DNA of 59,615 bases, the filler included. It is 9 parts of 9 records of this genome, joined end to end, with 100 filler letters (N's around TTAATTAATTAA, not from the genome) between each part and the next. Parts side by side here need not be neighbours in the genome. Positions count along the whole stretch, not along the records: positions 5,473 to 10,986 come from SRR31156797_55753; positions 11,087 to 22,055 come from SRR31156797_55761; 7 more parts are not named here. One strand, given 5' to 3'. Below the pieces are notes generated by a model. The model was not told the DNA's origin, did not search any database, and saw only the letters and a list, made by a program, of their open reading frames with translations. The position numbers were made by a program, and so were the translations under genes. Positions 9,095 to 17,978 of this stretch are shown here, in pieces (the first letter of the stretch is position 1; each line of letters begins with the position of its first letter).

Positions 9095-10903
9095 TTAAGG
9101 TTTACAAATTATATAAGTCTCTGCACTAACCTCATTACAACTTGAAATAAGAGATGAGATAAACCATAAAATCTGTATGACCTCATTACGCTCTTTGAAT
9201 GTCTCATTATTTTTCAGTTTTTGAAGCCTATCTGTCAATTCTAATTTTGATATGAAATTAATAACTAGGTATACTTTCTTTGTTAAATTAGGCTGTGATT
9301 TTAGATTTTTAAAATAGTCTATCGCATCATCAGAATTACTTCCTTTCCTTATCCTATGAATTTGTGTCGTTGTTTTATCTAATACATAATCTCTATCCCA
9401 AAACTTTTGTTTCATTTCCCATTGGTTATCTGCTGGACTTAAATTTCCGAGATTCTTTTGAGCTTGCCCAACAATGTCTTGAAATGCTGATGCTGAAAAT
9501 TTAGATTCCTTGTACTTGGAATGGAAAAATGAAATGTTATTTTCGTCAAGACCTATATGGTCAGCCCATTCTTTCCCCAAATCATCGCAAATAAAGAACT
9601 TAAAACTTGAAAGGTATTTATCTTCAACGAACCCGAATATTGAACCTGCATTGAATTCTGTTGAAGTCGGAAGAACACTTCCTTTTTCACTAGAAACACT
9701 ACTTAAATCTGTGCTAGGCTTGAAAACGCTCAAAAATGCATCCGTATTTGCCAGCAATCTACTATCCTTAAATAATTTACGATGGCTGTAAACAAGTTCA
9801 ACCCTGTCAAAATTAATTATGTAACTACTGGTTCTATTAAAGAAATCAATAATAGACAATTCTGTTCCATCTGTAAGTTTTATCATTAATTTTTTCAACT
9901 TACTTGAACGTAGAGTTATCGATTTTGGATTTATTGACAGAGACAAATCATTAACAAAAGGATTAAGTATTTTAAAGTAAGAGTTACCTTCATTGCTAAC
10001 TAATTCTTTCACCTCCATAAGCCTAGAGAAATTATTTAGAATTGAGATAACATCAATTTCTTTTTCATACTCTTCAAATATAAGTTTTGTAGATTCAATT
10101 CTATTTGCCTCATATTCATCATATAATTTCGTCAATAAAAGCAAAATAGCTATAGGTTTTAATGAGCTATTTTCTTTCTCAAAATCTAGAGGTGTAGCAA
10201 AAGATGTAAGGAAATTTTCAGATGCTTTAAAGTTCTCAATTTTATCAATGATATTGTCAGACCACGATATAAAGAAATCAATATTACTTTTCTTTCCAAA
10301 TTTATTAATTCTTGATGAGCCCAATGAAAGAGAAACTTTATCATCGTCGTTACTAACTCTTAAATTGCTTGGAATATATGTTTGTAAACCTAACGAAGAG
10401 ATACTCTCTTTTAAATCAACAGCTTCAACACTTTTAGAACGAACAGCATTATCTGAAATATTCATATTGTTCATTGATATTTTTTCAAATGCAGTATCTT
10501 CATCAATAAATAATGAGGAAATTGTATTATAGTCTAAAGGGAAAATCCTTTTACTTAATTCCTTTGTTCCAGATATATTTCTTTTTGATACAGCTATATA
10601 GTTTTCAAAATCTACAATTACAATATAAGCGAGTTTAACTTCTTCCCAATCTTTCAATTCTTCATCTATAAAACTTGGTTTTTTAGGATATTTAAACACA
10701 CAAATAGAATATTCTACATCCTTATTGTTCACTTTCGTTTTACTTTTTATTACTCTTAATAAGTAATTCCCCATTTTGTCAGAAGAAGCTTCTTTAAATG
10801 TTGTATCGATTAATTTTTTAGATAAAATCCCCTTTTTTATCTTTTTGTAGAAATAAGCATTTTCATTTAAAGTAAGATTATTTATAAGTTCATTTTCTGT
10901 CAT
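9095..10903 (-). CDS. Cassette 1: 602-aa protein with a putative C-terminal PD-(D/E)xK-like nuclease domain
   Basis: Intact ORF; C-terminal 'CDDLGKEWADHI...FFHSK...SASAFQDIVGQAQKN' resembles a restriction-endonuclease-fold active site (function inferred). Confidence 0.65.
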   Translation of the reverse strand: MTENELINNLTLNENAYFYKKIKKGILSKKLIDTTFKEASSDKMGNYLLRVIKSKTKVNNKDVEYSICVFKYPKKPSFIDEELKDWEEVKLAYIVIVDFENYIAVSKRNISGTKELSKRIFPLDYNTISSLFIDEDTAFEKISMNNMNISDNAVRSKSVEAVDLKESISSLGLQTYIPSNLRVSNDDDKVSLSLGSSRINKFGKKSNIDFFISWSDNIIDKIENFKASENFLTSFATPLDFEKENSSLKPIAILLLLTKLYDEYEANRIESTKLIFEEYEKEIDVISILNNFSRLMEVKELVSNEGNSYFKILNPFVNDLSLSINPKSITLRSSKLKKLMIKLTDGTELSIIDFFNRTSSYIINFDRVELVYSHRKLFKDSRLLANTDAFLSVFKPSTDLSSVSSEKGSVLPTSTEFNAGSIFGFVEDKYLSSFKFFICDDLGKEWADHIGLDENNISFFHSKYKESKFSASAFQDIVGQAQKNLGNLSPADNQWEMKQKFWDRDYVLDKTTTQIHRIRKGSNSDDAIDYFKNLKSQPNLTKKVYLVINFISKLELTDRLQKLKNNETFKERNEVIQILWFISSLISSCNEVSAETYIICKP

Positions 10904-10923
10904 AGGGTTTGTTTTTTAATGAA

Positions 10924-10986
10924 TGGTAACTAGTTAGGAAATGCACTATAAGTGCACAATACATACCCTATAGGTCAGTATTGTGC
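10924..10986 (-). repeat. Array-proximal recombination-type site (attI-like or second attC class), cut by contig end
   Basis: Core GTTACCATTC is complementary to 9074-9083; followed by ATGCACTATAAG and a 9-bp inverted repeat GCACAATAC/GTATTGTGC around CCTATAGG. Confidence 0.5.
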
Positions 10987-11087
10987 NNNNNNNNNNNNNN
11001 NNNNNNNNNNNNNNNNNNNNNNNNNNNNNNTTAATTAATTAANNNNNNNNNNNNNNNNNNNNNNNNNNNNNNNNNNNNNNNNNNNNG

Positions 11088-11345
11088 CCGACGATTGCGG
11101 CCGGCATCGGTGTCGCCTGTTTCTTCTGTTTCATGTTCTCCTGGGTCGAATTGTTGTTGGCGAAAACGCTGACATCGGTCGCCGCCAAGCCGATTGCCGC
11201 GACCATGACCCGGACGGCCAGCACCGCCGGCTACGAGTTGGGGCTTCTGGCGGCGGCCGGCACCCTGACCATCATTCCGGGCGCCTTCGTGATTTATTTC
11301 GTTCGCAATTACATCGCCAAGGGCTTTGCCCTCGGGCGCGTTTAA
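11088..11345 (+). CDS. Carbohydrate (glycerol-type) ABC permease, C-terminal fragment
   Basis: 'FMFSWVELLLA..LT...KPI', C-terminus 'VRNYIAKGFALGRV'; followed by a DUF2160-like gene. Confidence 0.8.
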   Translation, partial: PTIAAGIGVACFFCFMFSWVELLLAKTLTSVAAKPIAATMTRTASTAGYELGLLAAAGTLTIIPGAFVIYFVRNYIAKGFALGRV

Positions 11346-11369
11346 CCGGCCGAAGGGAGGGATCGCGAA

Positions 11370-11651
11370 ATGGGTTTGTCCTGGATGGCCTGGACCTGGC
11401 CGACGGCGGCATTTTTCATCTTCATTGCCTGTGCCATTGGTTGCATGGGGTTTCTCGAATGGCGCCGTCCCGGCGGCGCGCCCCGGCGCGGTATCCTGAC
11501 CCTGGATACGACGCGCGGCGACCGGTTGTTCATTTCCATCTTGGGTAGCGCCTTTATTTTCCTCGGCTGGCTGGCGGTGATGGGAACGCCGATTTGGGGC
11601 GCTCTGGTGATTTCCCTGGTATTTGCATTCGCCGTCTTCCGCTGGGTCTAG
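11370..11651 (+). CDS. DUF2160-type small integral membrane protein (glycerol ABC transporter associated)
   Basis: 'WMAWTWPTAAFF', 'RRGIL.LDTTRGDRLFIS'; GGGAGG RBS. Confidence 0.8.
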   Translation: MGLSWMAWTWPTAAFFIFIACAIGCMGFLEWRRPGGAPRRGILTLDTTRGDRLFISILGSAFIFLGWLAVMGTPIWGALVISLVFAFAVFRWV

Positions 11652-11797
11652 GCAAACTCGCCAATTTCTGCGACGGTCCGGTCGGGCCGCACGGATTGTC
11701 CTGTGCCGATGCCAATCCCATTCCGTGATCGCTTGTGCAAGAGCATGCCGCCCCACTTATAAAGGGCCGGATCGACACAACCCGCGAAGGCATGGAA

Positions 11798-12781
11798 ATG
11801 AAGGCAGCCGTCTACAGGAACTATGGCTCCCCCGACGTCGTCGAGGTCAAAGAGGTCGAGAAGCCCGCCATCAAGGACGACGAAGTTCTGATCAGAATCC
11901 GGGCGACGACCGTTTCGTCGGGGGACTGGCGGGCCCGAAGCCTCGACGTGCCGTTCGGATTTAAGCTGCTGTCGCGATTGATGTTCGGTTTTTCCGGCCC
12001 GAAACAGCCGATACTCGGCACCGAGTTGGCCGGCGATATCGAGGCCGTCGGCAAGGACGTCACGAAATTCGATGTCGGCGACGCCGTTTTTGCCTTTCCC
12101 GGTGCCGGTCTGGGGTGCCATGCCGAATACAGGGCGATGTCCGAAGACAAACCGATTGCCCTGAAACCGGCCGGCCTGTCCTACCGGGAAGCCGCCGCCC
12201 TGTCGTTCGGCGGCACGACGGCGCTGGATTTTCTCAAGACCAAGGGAAATATCCGGCCCGGCGAAAAGGTCCTCGTCATCGGCGCATCGGGAACGGTCGG
12301 AAGCGCCGCGGTACAGCTTGCCAAGCATTTCGGGGCGGAGGTGGCCGGGGTGTGCAGCGCCGCCAACCTGGGGCTGGTGACATCCATCGGGGCCGACAGG
12401 GTCATCGACTATGGCAAAGAGGATTTCACCAAAAACGGCGAGACCTACGACATCATTCTGGTTGCCGCCGGTGCGACGTCGTTTTCACGCTGCAAAGACG
12501 CGCTCAGGCGAAACGGCCGCCTTTTGATGGTCGTTGCCGGGTTGCCGGAAATGGCTCAGATCCCGTGGGCGGCGTTGAGCAGCAGCAAAAGGGTCTTCGC
12601 CGGGCCGGCGGCCGAGCGCCTGCAGGATTTGCTCGTCCTCAAGGAACTGGCCGAGGCGGGGGCATTCAAACCCATCATCGATCGGTACTACCCGCTCGAC
12701 CGGATTGCCGAGGCGCATGCCCATGTCGACAGCGGGCACAAAAAGGGAAGCGTCGTCATCGACATCGATCGTCACGACTGA
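11798..12781 (+). CDS. NAD(P)-dependent alcohol dehydrogenase / quinone oxidoreductase (MDR superfamily)
   Basis: 'MKAAVY..YGSPDV', 'ILGTELAG', 'GASGTVGSAAVQLAK', 'GHKKGSVVI'. Confidence 0.9.
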   Translation: MKAAVYRNYGSPDVVEVKEVEKPAIKDDEVLIRIRATTVSSGDWRARSLDVPFGFKLLSRLMFGFSGPKQPILGTELAGDIEAVGKDVTKFDVGDAVFAFPGAGLGCHAEYRAMSEDKPIALKPAGLSYREAAALSFGGTTALDFLKTKGNIRPGEKVLVIGASGTVGSAAVQLAKHFGAEVAGVCSAANLGLVTSIGADRVIDYGKEDFTKNGETYDIILVAAGATSFSRCKDALRRNGRLLMVVAGLPEMAQIPWAALSSSKRVFAGPAAERLQDLLVLKELAEAGAFKPIIDRYYPLDRIAEAHAHVDSGHKKGSVVIDIDRHD

Positions 12782-12968
12782 ACCGGGGTCGTCGGGACCG
12801 GATTCTGCCGCTTTCGGAAGCCTAAAAAAATATTTTTTATTTGCACATGCCGGTTCTGGCGCCGGCTCTCGCATCTACCCATATTGTCGAACGCTGGATC
12901 GAATGGTTCGGGCCAGAACGACCACATTCGTGTGGGTTTTTCCCCAGCGAGGGAAATAGGGGTAGGAA

Positions 12969-13865
12969 ATGCAGACAATACGTAAACTTGTGGCCTTAAG
13001 CGTCGTTGCCCTTGGCGTTGGCGCTTGTTCATTGTGGGGCCTGGAACTCGGTCCGACGAAGAAACTGAGCCCGCAGGGCGATCCGTTCTCGATCGGCCTG
13101 TTCACCGAATACCTGAACCTTTCGCAGATCGAATACGACGAGGGTCACTACGGGGCATCGGACTATTTCGCCCGCAAGGCCCAGGCCGCCGCCCGCGGCG
13201 AGACCGTGCTGCCGACCGAGATGTCGGAAGTCAGCCTGCCGGCCGCCGAGGCGCCGGTTCTTGCCGAGCAACGGGGCCGGTTGATGGCTGCGCTCGATGC
13301 GACGGCGCGGACCAAGGCCCCGAAACTGGCGGCCCGTACGCAGGCGATGTTCGACTGCTGGATGGAAGAGCAGGAAGAAAACCGGCAGCCTCACGACATC
13401 GGCCTGTGCCGCGACGAATTCATGGGCCTGATGAACCGGCTTGAAGCGGTCATGGCGCCACCGAAAAAGGTGGAAGCGCCGATGCCGGCTCCGGCTCCGG
13501 CCCCGGCTCCGCAGGTTAAACCGGAACCGCCGGTCCAGAAGAGCTTCCTGGTCTTTTTCGATTGGGACAGCGCGACGGTGACGCCGCAGGCCGCCGACAT
13601 CCTGGCCGAGGCGATCAAGAACGCCATGCGCAGCAAGGCCGGTTCGGTTCAGTTGGTCGGTCATGCCGATACCTCCGGCCCGTCGGTCTACAACCAGGGT
13701 CTGTCGTTGCGGCGGGCCGATGCGGTGCGCGCGGCATTGCAGGCCATGGGGCTGAATAAGCCGGCCTTTGACGTCGTCGCCAAGGGTGAAACGGATCCCC
13801 TCGTTGCGACCGGCGACGGTATCCGCGAGCCGCAGAACCGGCGGGTTGAGATCGTCCTGCCGTAG
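12969..13865 (+). CDS. OmpA-family lipoprotein
   Basis: Lipobox 'LGVGAC', Pro/Ala linker, OmpA C-domain 'VFFDWD', 'GHADTSG...YNQGLSLRRA', 'QNRRVEI'. Confidence 0.9.
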   Translation: MQTIRKLVALSVVALGVGACSLWGLELGPTKKLSPQGDPFSIGLFTEYLNLSQIEYDEGHYGASDYFARKAQAAARGETVLPTEMSEVSLPAAEAPVLAEQRGRLMAALDATARTKAPKLAARTQAMFDCWMEEQEENRQPHDIGLCRDEFMGLMNRLEAVMAPPKKVEAPMPAPAPAPAPQVKPEPPVQKSFLVFFDWDSATVTPQAADILAEAIKNAMRSKAGSVQLVGHADTSGPSVYNQGLSLRRADAVRAALQAMGLNKPAFDVVAKGETDPLVATGDGIREPQNRRVEIVLP

Positions 13866-13887
13866 CGGCAATCGTTGTTATCAAGGG

Positions 13888-13920
13888 AAGGGGCGGCGCC
13901 GGAAACGGCCCGCCCTTTTT
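13888..13920 (+). terminator. Rho-independent terminator, possibly bidirectional
   Basis: GGGCGG..CCG-GAAA-CGG-CCCGCCC followed by TTTTT, between convergent genes. Confidence 0.65.
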
Positions 13921-13924
13921 CGTT

Positions 13925-14470
13925 TTAGCGGGCTTCGATCGGGCCGAGAGCGCTTTGAATCGCCGCCGACAGGTTGGCTTCGCGCTGCCAGGCCGGGGCA
14001 ACCGCCCGTTCGGCGGCAAGCACGCTCAACCTGGGATCCGGTTCGCTCAGGGATTTTTTCAGGATGGCCCGAAGGTTCGGGCAAAAGGTCTGACTGTTGC
14101 GAATGCTGATGGTCGACGCCGCATTGGCCAGTCGCGTCACGAACGCATCCAGTCGGCTGCCGGCCTTGGCGCCGTAGTTTTTTCGAAAGTGCTGGCGCAG
14201 CAGCCGGCCGTTGTCGGCCAATTGTCCCGAGAACTTGCGGACGAAGGCGTTGTACTGGTTTTTCGCCTGGCAACTCAAAGCCGCCACCATCAATTCGGTC
14301 TGCAACATGCGAACCTGCATCGCCGATACGACCGGATGGGGCGCCGGTTCCCGGGCCGAAGCCCCGGAAGCCGGGGAAACGATCAGGATCGCCATGACCA
14401 TCCATATGGCTGAAACGGCGACCAATCCGGGTCCTCGACGACACTTTTCCGAAAGCGATTGTTTTCGCAT
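13925..14470 (-). CDS. Hypothetical exported protein
   Basis: Signal-like hydrophobic stretch, then 'LQTELMVAALSC...LDAFVTRLAN', a pattern recalled from alphaproteobacterial hypothetical proteins; start uncertain. Confidence 0.65.
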   Translation of the reverse strand: MRKQSLSEKCRRGPGLVAVSAIWMVMAILIVSPASGASAREPAPHPVVSAMQVRMLQTELMVAALSCQAKNQYNAFVRKFSGQLADNGRLLRQHFRKNYGAKAGSRLDAFVTRLANAASTISIRNSQTFCPNLRAILKKSLSEPDPRLSVLAAERAVAPAWQREANLSAAIQSALGPIEAR

Positions 14471-14767
14471 GCCTTGTTTTGTCTTTCTGTTGGCAAACGA
14501 CGTTGCCGGCCGTGCGGACCGGCCACCGGACTATACCGATATTTTGTCTGGCGAGGTACGAAAATCGCATGCTGGACCGGCCCGAAATCCGGAAGGCTCT
14601 GCCTTCCCTCCGCTACCGGAATAAGGCGGTACACGCCATCGATGTCGATACCCCATTGGCGCAACCCGGTCGAAACACCTAAATTCATTCATTGAAAAAG
14701 GATGGCTGACAATCACGTCATCCTCCTGCCCAAATGTCGTTGGGTTGCAAGCTGATGGAGTCAGGCT

Positions 14768-15673
14768 TTGGCGGAAGAACTTTATGAGGTGCTCGGCGTC
14801 AAAAAAGACGCATCACCGGACGATATCAAAAAAGCGCACCGCGTGCTGGCGAAGAAACACCACCCGGATCTCAATCCCGGTGACAAGGCGGCAGAGGAAA
14901 CTTTCAGGAAGATTCAGGCAGCCTACTCCATACTGTCGGATGACGATCTGCGCCGCCAATACGATGCCGGCGAAATCGACGCCGAGGGCAAGGAGACGCC
15001 GCGCCAATTCTACCGCGAATACGCCGACGCCAACGGCGGCCAGAGATACGCGTCGAGCGCCGGCTTCGACGATCTCGGAGACATCTTTTCCGATCTTTTC
15101 CAGGCCCGGCAGGCCGGCGACCGCACGGCCCATGTACGCATGCGCGGCGGCGATGTCGGCTATCGGATGGAGGTGTCTTTCCTGGAGGCCGTCAACGGCG
15201 CCAAGAAACGCATCACCATGCCCGACGGCAAGACCCTCGACATCACCATTCCGGCGGGCCACCGCGACGGCCAGATGCTGCGGCTGCGGGGCAAGGGTAT
15301 GCCGGGGCTCGGCGGCGGTTCGCCCGGCGATGCGATTGTCGAGGTTACGGTCAAGCCGCACAAAACGTTCCGCCGCAGGGATCGTGATATCCTCATCGAT
15401 CTGCCGATCGCGCTTCATGAGGCCGTGCTCGGCGCCAGGGTACGCGTGCCGACCGTCCGGGGAGCGGTGTCGATGGCCATCCCACCCGGTTCCAATACCG
15501 GCGATACGCTCCGGCTACGGGGCAAGGGCGTGGCGGGCGGCGAGGCGGCCGGCGATCAATTCGTCACGCTCACTGTCGTGCTGCCGAAGAAAACGGACGA
15601 AAAGCTCGGTGCCTTCCTCGAGGACTGGGCCAAGGATCACAGCTACGACCCGCGCCAAGGCATGGAGGCATAA
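14768..15673 (+). CDS. cbpA: DnaJ-class co-chaperone, CbpA-like
   Basis: J-domain with HPD, no zinc finger, DnaJ C-domain; TTG start after GGAG; followed by a cbpM-like gene. Confidence 0.85.
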   Translation: MAEELYEVLGVKKDASPDDIKKAHRVLAKKHHPDLNPGDKAAEETFRKIQAAYSILSDDDLRRQYDAGEIDAEGKETPRQFYREYADANGGQRYASSAGFDDLGDIFSDLFQARQAGDRTAHVRMRGGDVGYRMEVSFLEAVNGAKKRITMPDGKTLDITIPAGHRDGQMLRLRGKGMPGLGGGSPGDAIVEVTVKPHKTFRRRDRDILIDLPIALHEAVLGARVRVPTVRGAVSMAIPPGSNTGDTLRLRGKGVAGGEAAGDQFVTLTVVLPKKTDEKLGAFLEDWAKDHSYDPRQGMEA

Positions 15674-15677
15674 CGCC

Positions 15678-16004
15678 ATGATGAGAGAAAAAGAAATTCT
15701 CGGCTTCTACGCGGGCCTTCGACGCGAGACGCTCCATGTTTGGGTAGAGCGCGGCTGGGTGATGGCGGAACGTCGCCGCGACGGCTATCGCTTCCGCGAG
15801 ATCGATGTTGCCCGGGTCGGGCTGATCCACGAATTCTCGACCGAGCTCGAGTTGGACGAGGACGCGATGGAAGTGATCCTGCCGCTGATCGATCAGGTGC
15901 ACGGGCTGCGGCATCAATTGCGATGTCTCGCCGACGCCGTCAACGCCCAGCCCGAGGAGGTGCGCCGACGGATTGCCGCGACGCTGGCAAAATCCACGGG
16001 CTGA
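15678..16004 (+). CDS. cbpM: Chaperone modulator CbpM-like protein (MerR-like)
   Basis: 'WVERGWV...FREIDVARV.LI...LELDEDAM.VIL.LIDQVHGLR'; immediately after cbpA with GGAGG RBS. Confidence 0.8.
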   Translation: MMREKEILGFYAGLRRETLHVWVERGWVMAERRRDGYRFREIDVARVGLIHEFSTELELDEDAMEVILPLIDQVHGLRHQLRCLADAVNAQPEEVRRRIAATLAKSTG

Positions 16005-16276
16005 GTGCGAAAAGAGCGGCGCAGCGAAATCGATCCGGCCGGGAATCAACCGCCGGCATCAGGCCTCCCGGCCGGCGGTTCGCCGATCGATCCGGCCGTC
16101 CGGTTGATGACGCCGTCCCGGCCGGGACGCCCGCCAGTGCGACAAGGCTTTGTCATAGCCCGTGCCCGCGACCTAGTTTAAGCTGTGGTTGTTGTCACGG
16201 CATACGGCCGGGGGCCGTTAGGGTACCGGACCGCTCACGTAAGGCCGGTCAAACAACAAGGAAAGGCGAAGACGAC

Positions 16277-16480
16277 ATGACAAAAGCCAAGGCCCGCCTG
16301 CGCGCAAAGGCGAAAGCGTCACAGAAAGCCAGAAAGCGCGCAGCCAACGCCGATCTGCCCGGCCAGAAAATCCGGCCGGGGCAATTCGACCCGGGGACGC
16401 AATCGATCAAACGCCCGGTGGTGAATGCCCATGCCAATAACTTCGCCGGGGCAAAACGGGGCTCGGCGCGCTCGAACTAG
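16277..16480 (+). CDS. Small basic hypothetical protein (67 aa)
   Basis: 'MTKAKARLRAKAKASQKARKR...RGSARSN'; purine-rich leader. Confidence 0.55.
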   Translation: MTKAKARLRAKAKASQKARKRAANADLPGQKIRPGQFDPGTQSIKRPVVNAHANNFAGAKRGSARSN

Positions 16481-16862
16481 GGCCCCGCATGGGTGGGTCC
16501 GACGCGCAATCCGATCGGTCGCCAATTGGTGGCGGATTGCCTTGCATGCCGGAATCGCGTCGTGCCCGTATATCGGGGGCCGCCGTATCCGGCCGATTGC
16601 CCGGTCGAAGACGGGGCAATTTCGCTTAACGTCTTGAAATATTAGTGAAGTGTCACATCAATAGGCGGTAAGCTGCGCAATCCGACAATTATAATGTGTT
16701 GTGCCTAAAAGTTGATTTGTACGACACGATGAGAAATCACTACTATTGTAGCTCTCTGTGTTAAGCTTTCTAAAATATTAATTGTATGCTGCCTATTGCG
16801 TTCGCTCCGGGCCGGTGACAAGATTTGAATTGGTTAAAATACAAAAGAGCTAGCATGATAAA

Positions 16863-17978
16863 ATGCTACGGTTCCTTTCTCTAGCGGTTGCCATTCTCCT
16901 CATTCTCGGCGGTCCGGCTTCGGCCAACGCGCCGTTGGTGTTGCGCGTCGGCTATTACGAGGGAGGCCCCTTCGTCGATTACCACGCGTCCCTGCGTGCC
17001 ATCGCCGAAGCCCTGGTCGAGCGGCAGATGATCCCGCCGGTGGATTTTCCGCCGCCTTCCGACGCCGACTCCAACGAAGCGATGTGGGCGGCACTGGCGA
17101 CGGCGAGCCGGGTCGGTGCCATCCGCTTTGTCGAATCCGCTTTCTGGTCGGCCGACTGGCAGGACGACAAGCGGATGGAAACCCGCCGCCAGGTAATGGC
17201 GGACCTCAGCGGCGGTTCGATCAACCTGATGCTGGCCCTGGGAACCTGGGCCGGCCAGGACCTGGCCAACGACAGCCATTCGGTCCCGACCCTGGTTATT
17301 TCGGCGTCCGATCCGATCGCCTCGGGCATTGTCGAAAGCGCCGAGGATTCCGGACGCGATCACATCCATGCCGAATTCGACCCGGAACGCTACATTCGGC
17401 AGATCAGGCTGTTCCACGGCATTGTCGGGTTCAAAAGAATCGGCGTTGCCCTTGAGGATTCCGATGACGGCCGGGCCTGGAGCAATCTTGGCGTTCTGCG
17501 CGACGCCGGACAGGATCTAGGATTTGACGTTGCCACCTGTTTTACGCCGGATTCCAACGTGTCCCTGGAACAGGCCCGCGTCGGCGTCATGCGCTGCTGG
17601 TCGGAACTGGCGCCGCGGGTTGACGCCGTGTGGGTGGGGGTCCATCGCGGCGAGGGGCCCGAGTTCATGCCGGCAATCCTCGAACCGCTTTTCGCCAATA
17701 AAATTCCGACATGGTCGCAGTTGGGCATTGAAGCGGTCAGGCGGGGCGTTGTGTTCAGCGTCGCGCGCCGGGACCATCGGGACCTGGGGCGGTATTACGC
17801 CGATGTCGTTTCGCAGGTCCTGGCCGGCGTCAAGCCGCGGCAGATAGGGCAGGTTTTCGTTCACGACAAGGCCATCGTCATCAATGCCCGGACCGCACAA
17901 ATCATCGGCAGGGACATTCCCCCGGGCCTGCGCAGCGCAGCCGACACCGTCTTCGAGCGGATCGAGGGGCGTCCATGA
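16863..17978 (+). CDS. Periplasmic ABC-type substrate-binding protein (ABC_sub_bind-like)
   Basis: Signal peptide; 'LALGTWAG', 'ASDPIASGIV', 'IVINARTAQIIG'; ATGA overlap with the kinase gene. Confidence 0.75.
   Translation: MLRFLSLAVAILLILGGPASANAPLVLRVGYYEGGPFVDYHASLRAIAEALVERQMIPPVDFPPPSDADSNEAMWAALATASRVGAIRFVESAFWSADWQDDKRMETRRQVMADLSGGSINLMLALGTWAGQDLANDSHSVPTLVISASDPIASGIVESAEDSGRDHIHAEFDPERYIRQIRLFHGIVGFKRIGVALEDSDDGRAWSNLGVLRDAGQDLGFDVATCFTPDSNVSLEQARVGVMRCWSELAPRVDAVWVGVHRGEGPEFMPAILEPLFANKIPTWSQLGIEAVRRGVVFSVARRDHRDLGRYYADVVSQVLAGVKPRQIGQVFVHDKAIVINARTAQIIGRDIPPGLRSAADTVFERIEGRP

Larger units (their letters stand above)
5473..10986 (-). mobile_element. Integron-like gene cassette array (5 cassettes, no integrase in contig)
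   Basis: Six co-oriented ORFs; each cassette starts with GTT... and ends with the complementary ...AAC; hairpin spacers lie between cassettes. Confidence 0.8.

Noticed and set aside
5473-10986. CRISPR array or simple terminators as an explanation of the intergenic repeats
   Set aside because: The repeats are not identical direct repeats and they flank whole genes. The cassette-specific GTT/AAC end matches are not explained by terminators.
13482-13512. CCGGCT-type short repeats
   Set aside because: They encode the ordinary Pro-Ala linker of the OmpA protein.
14745-16004. 419-aa ORF overlapping cbpA
   Set aside because: Only the last 108 codons (from 15678) look like CbpM; the rest is an alternative frame of cbpA.
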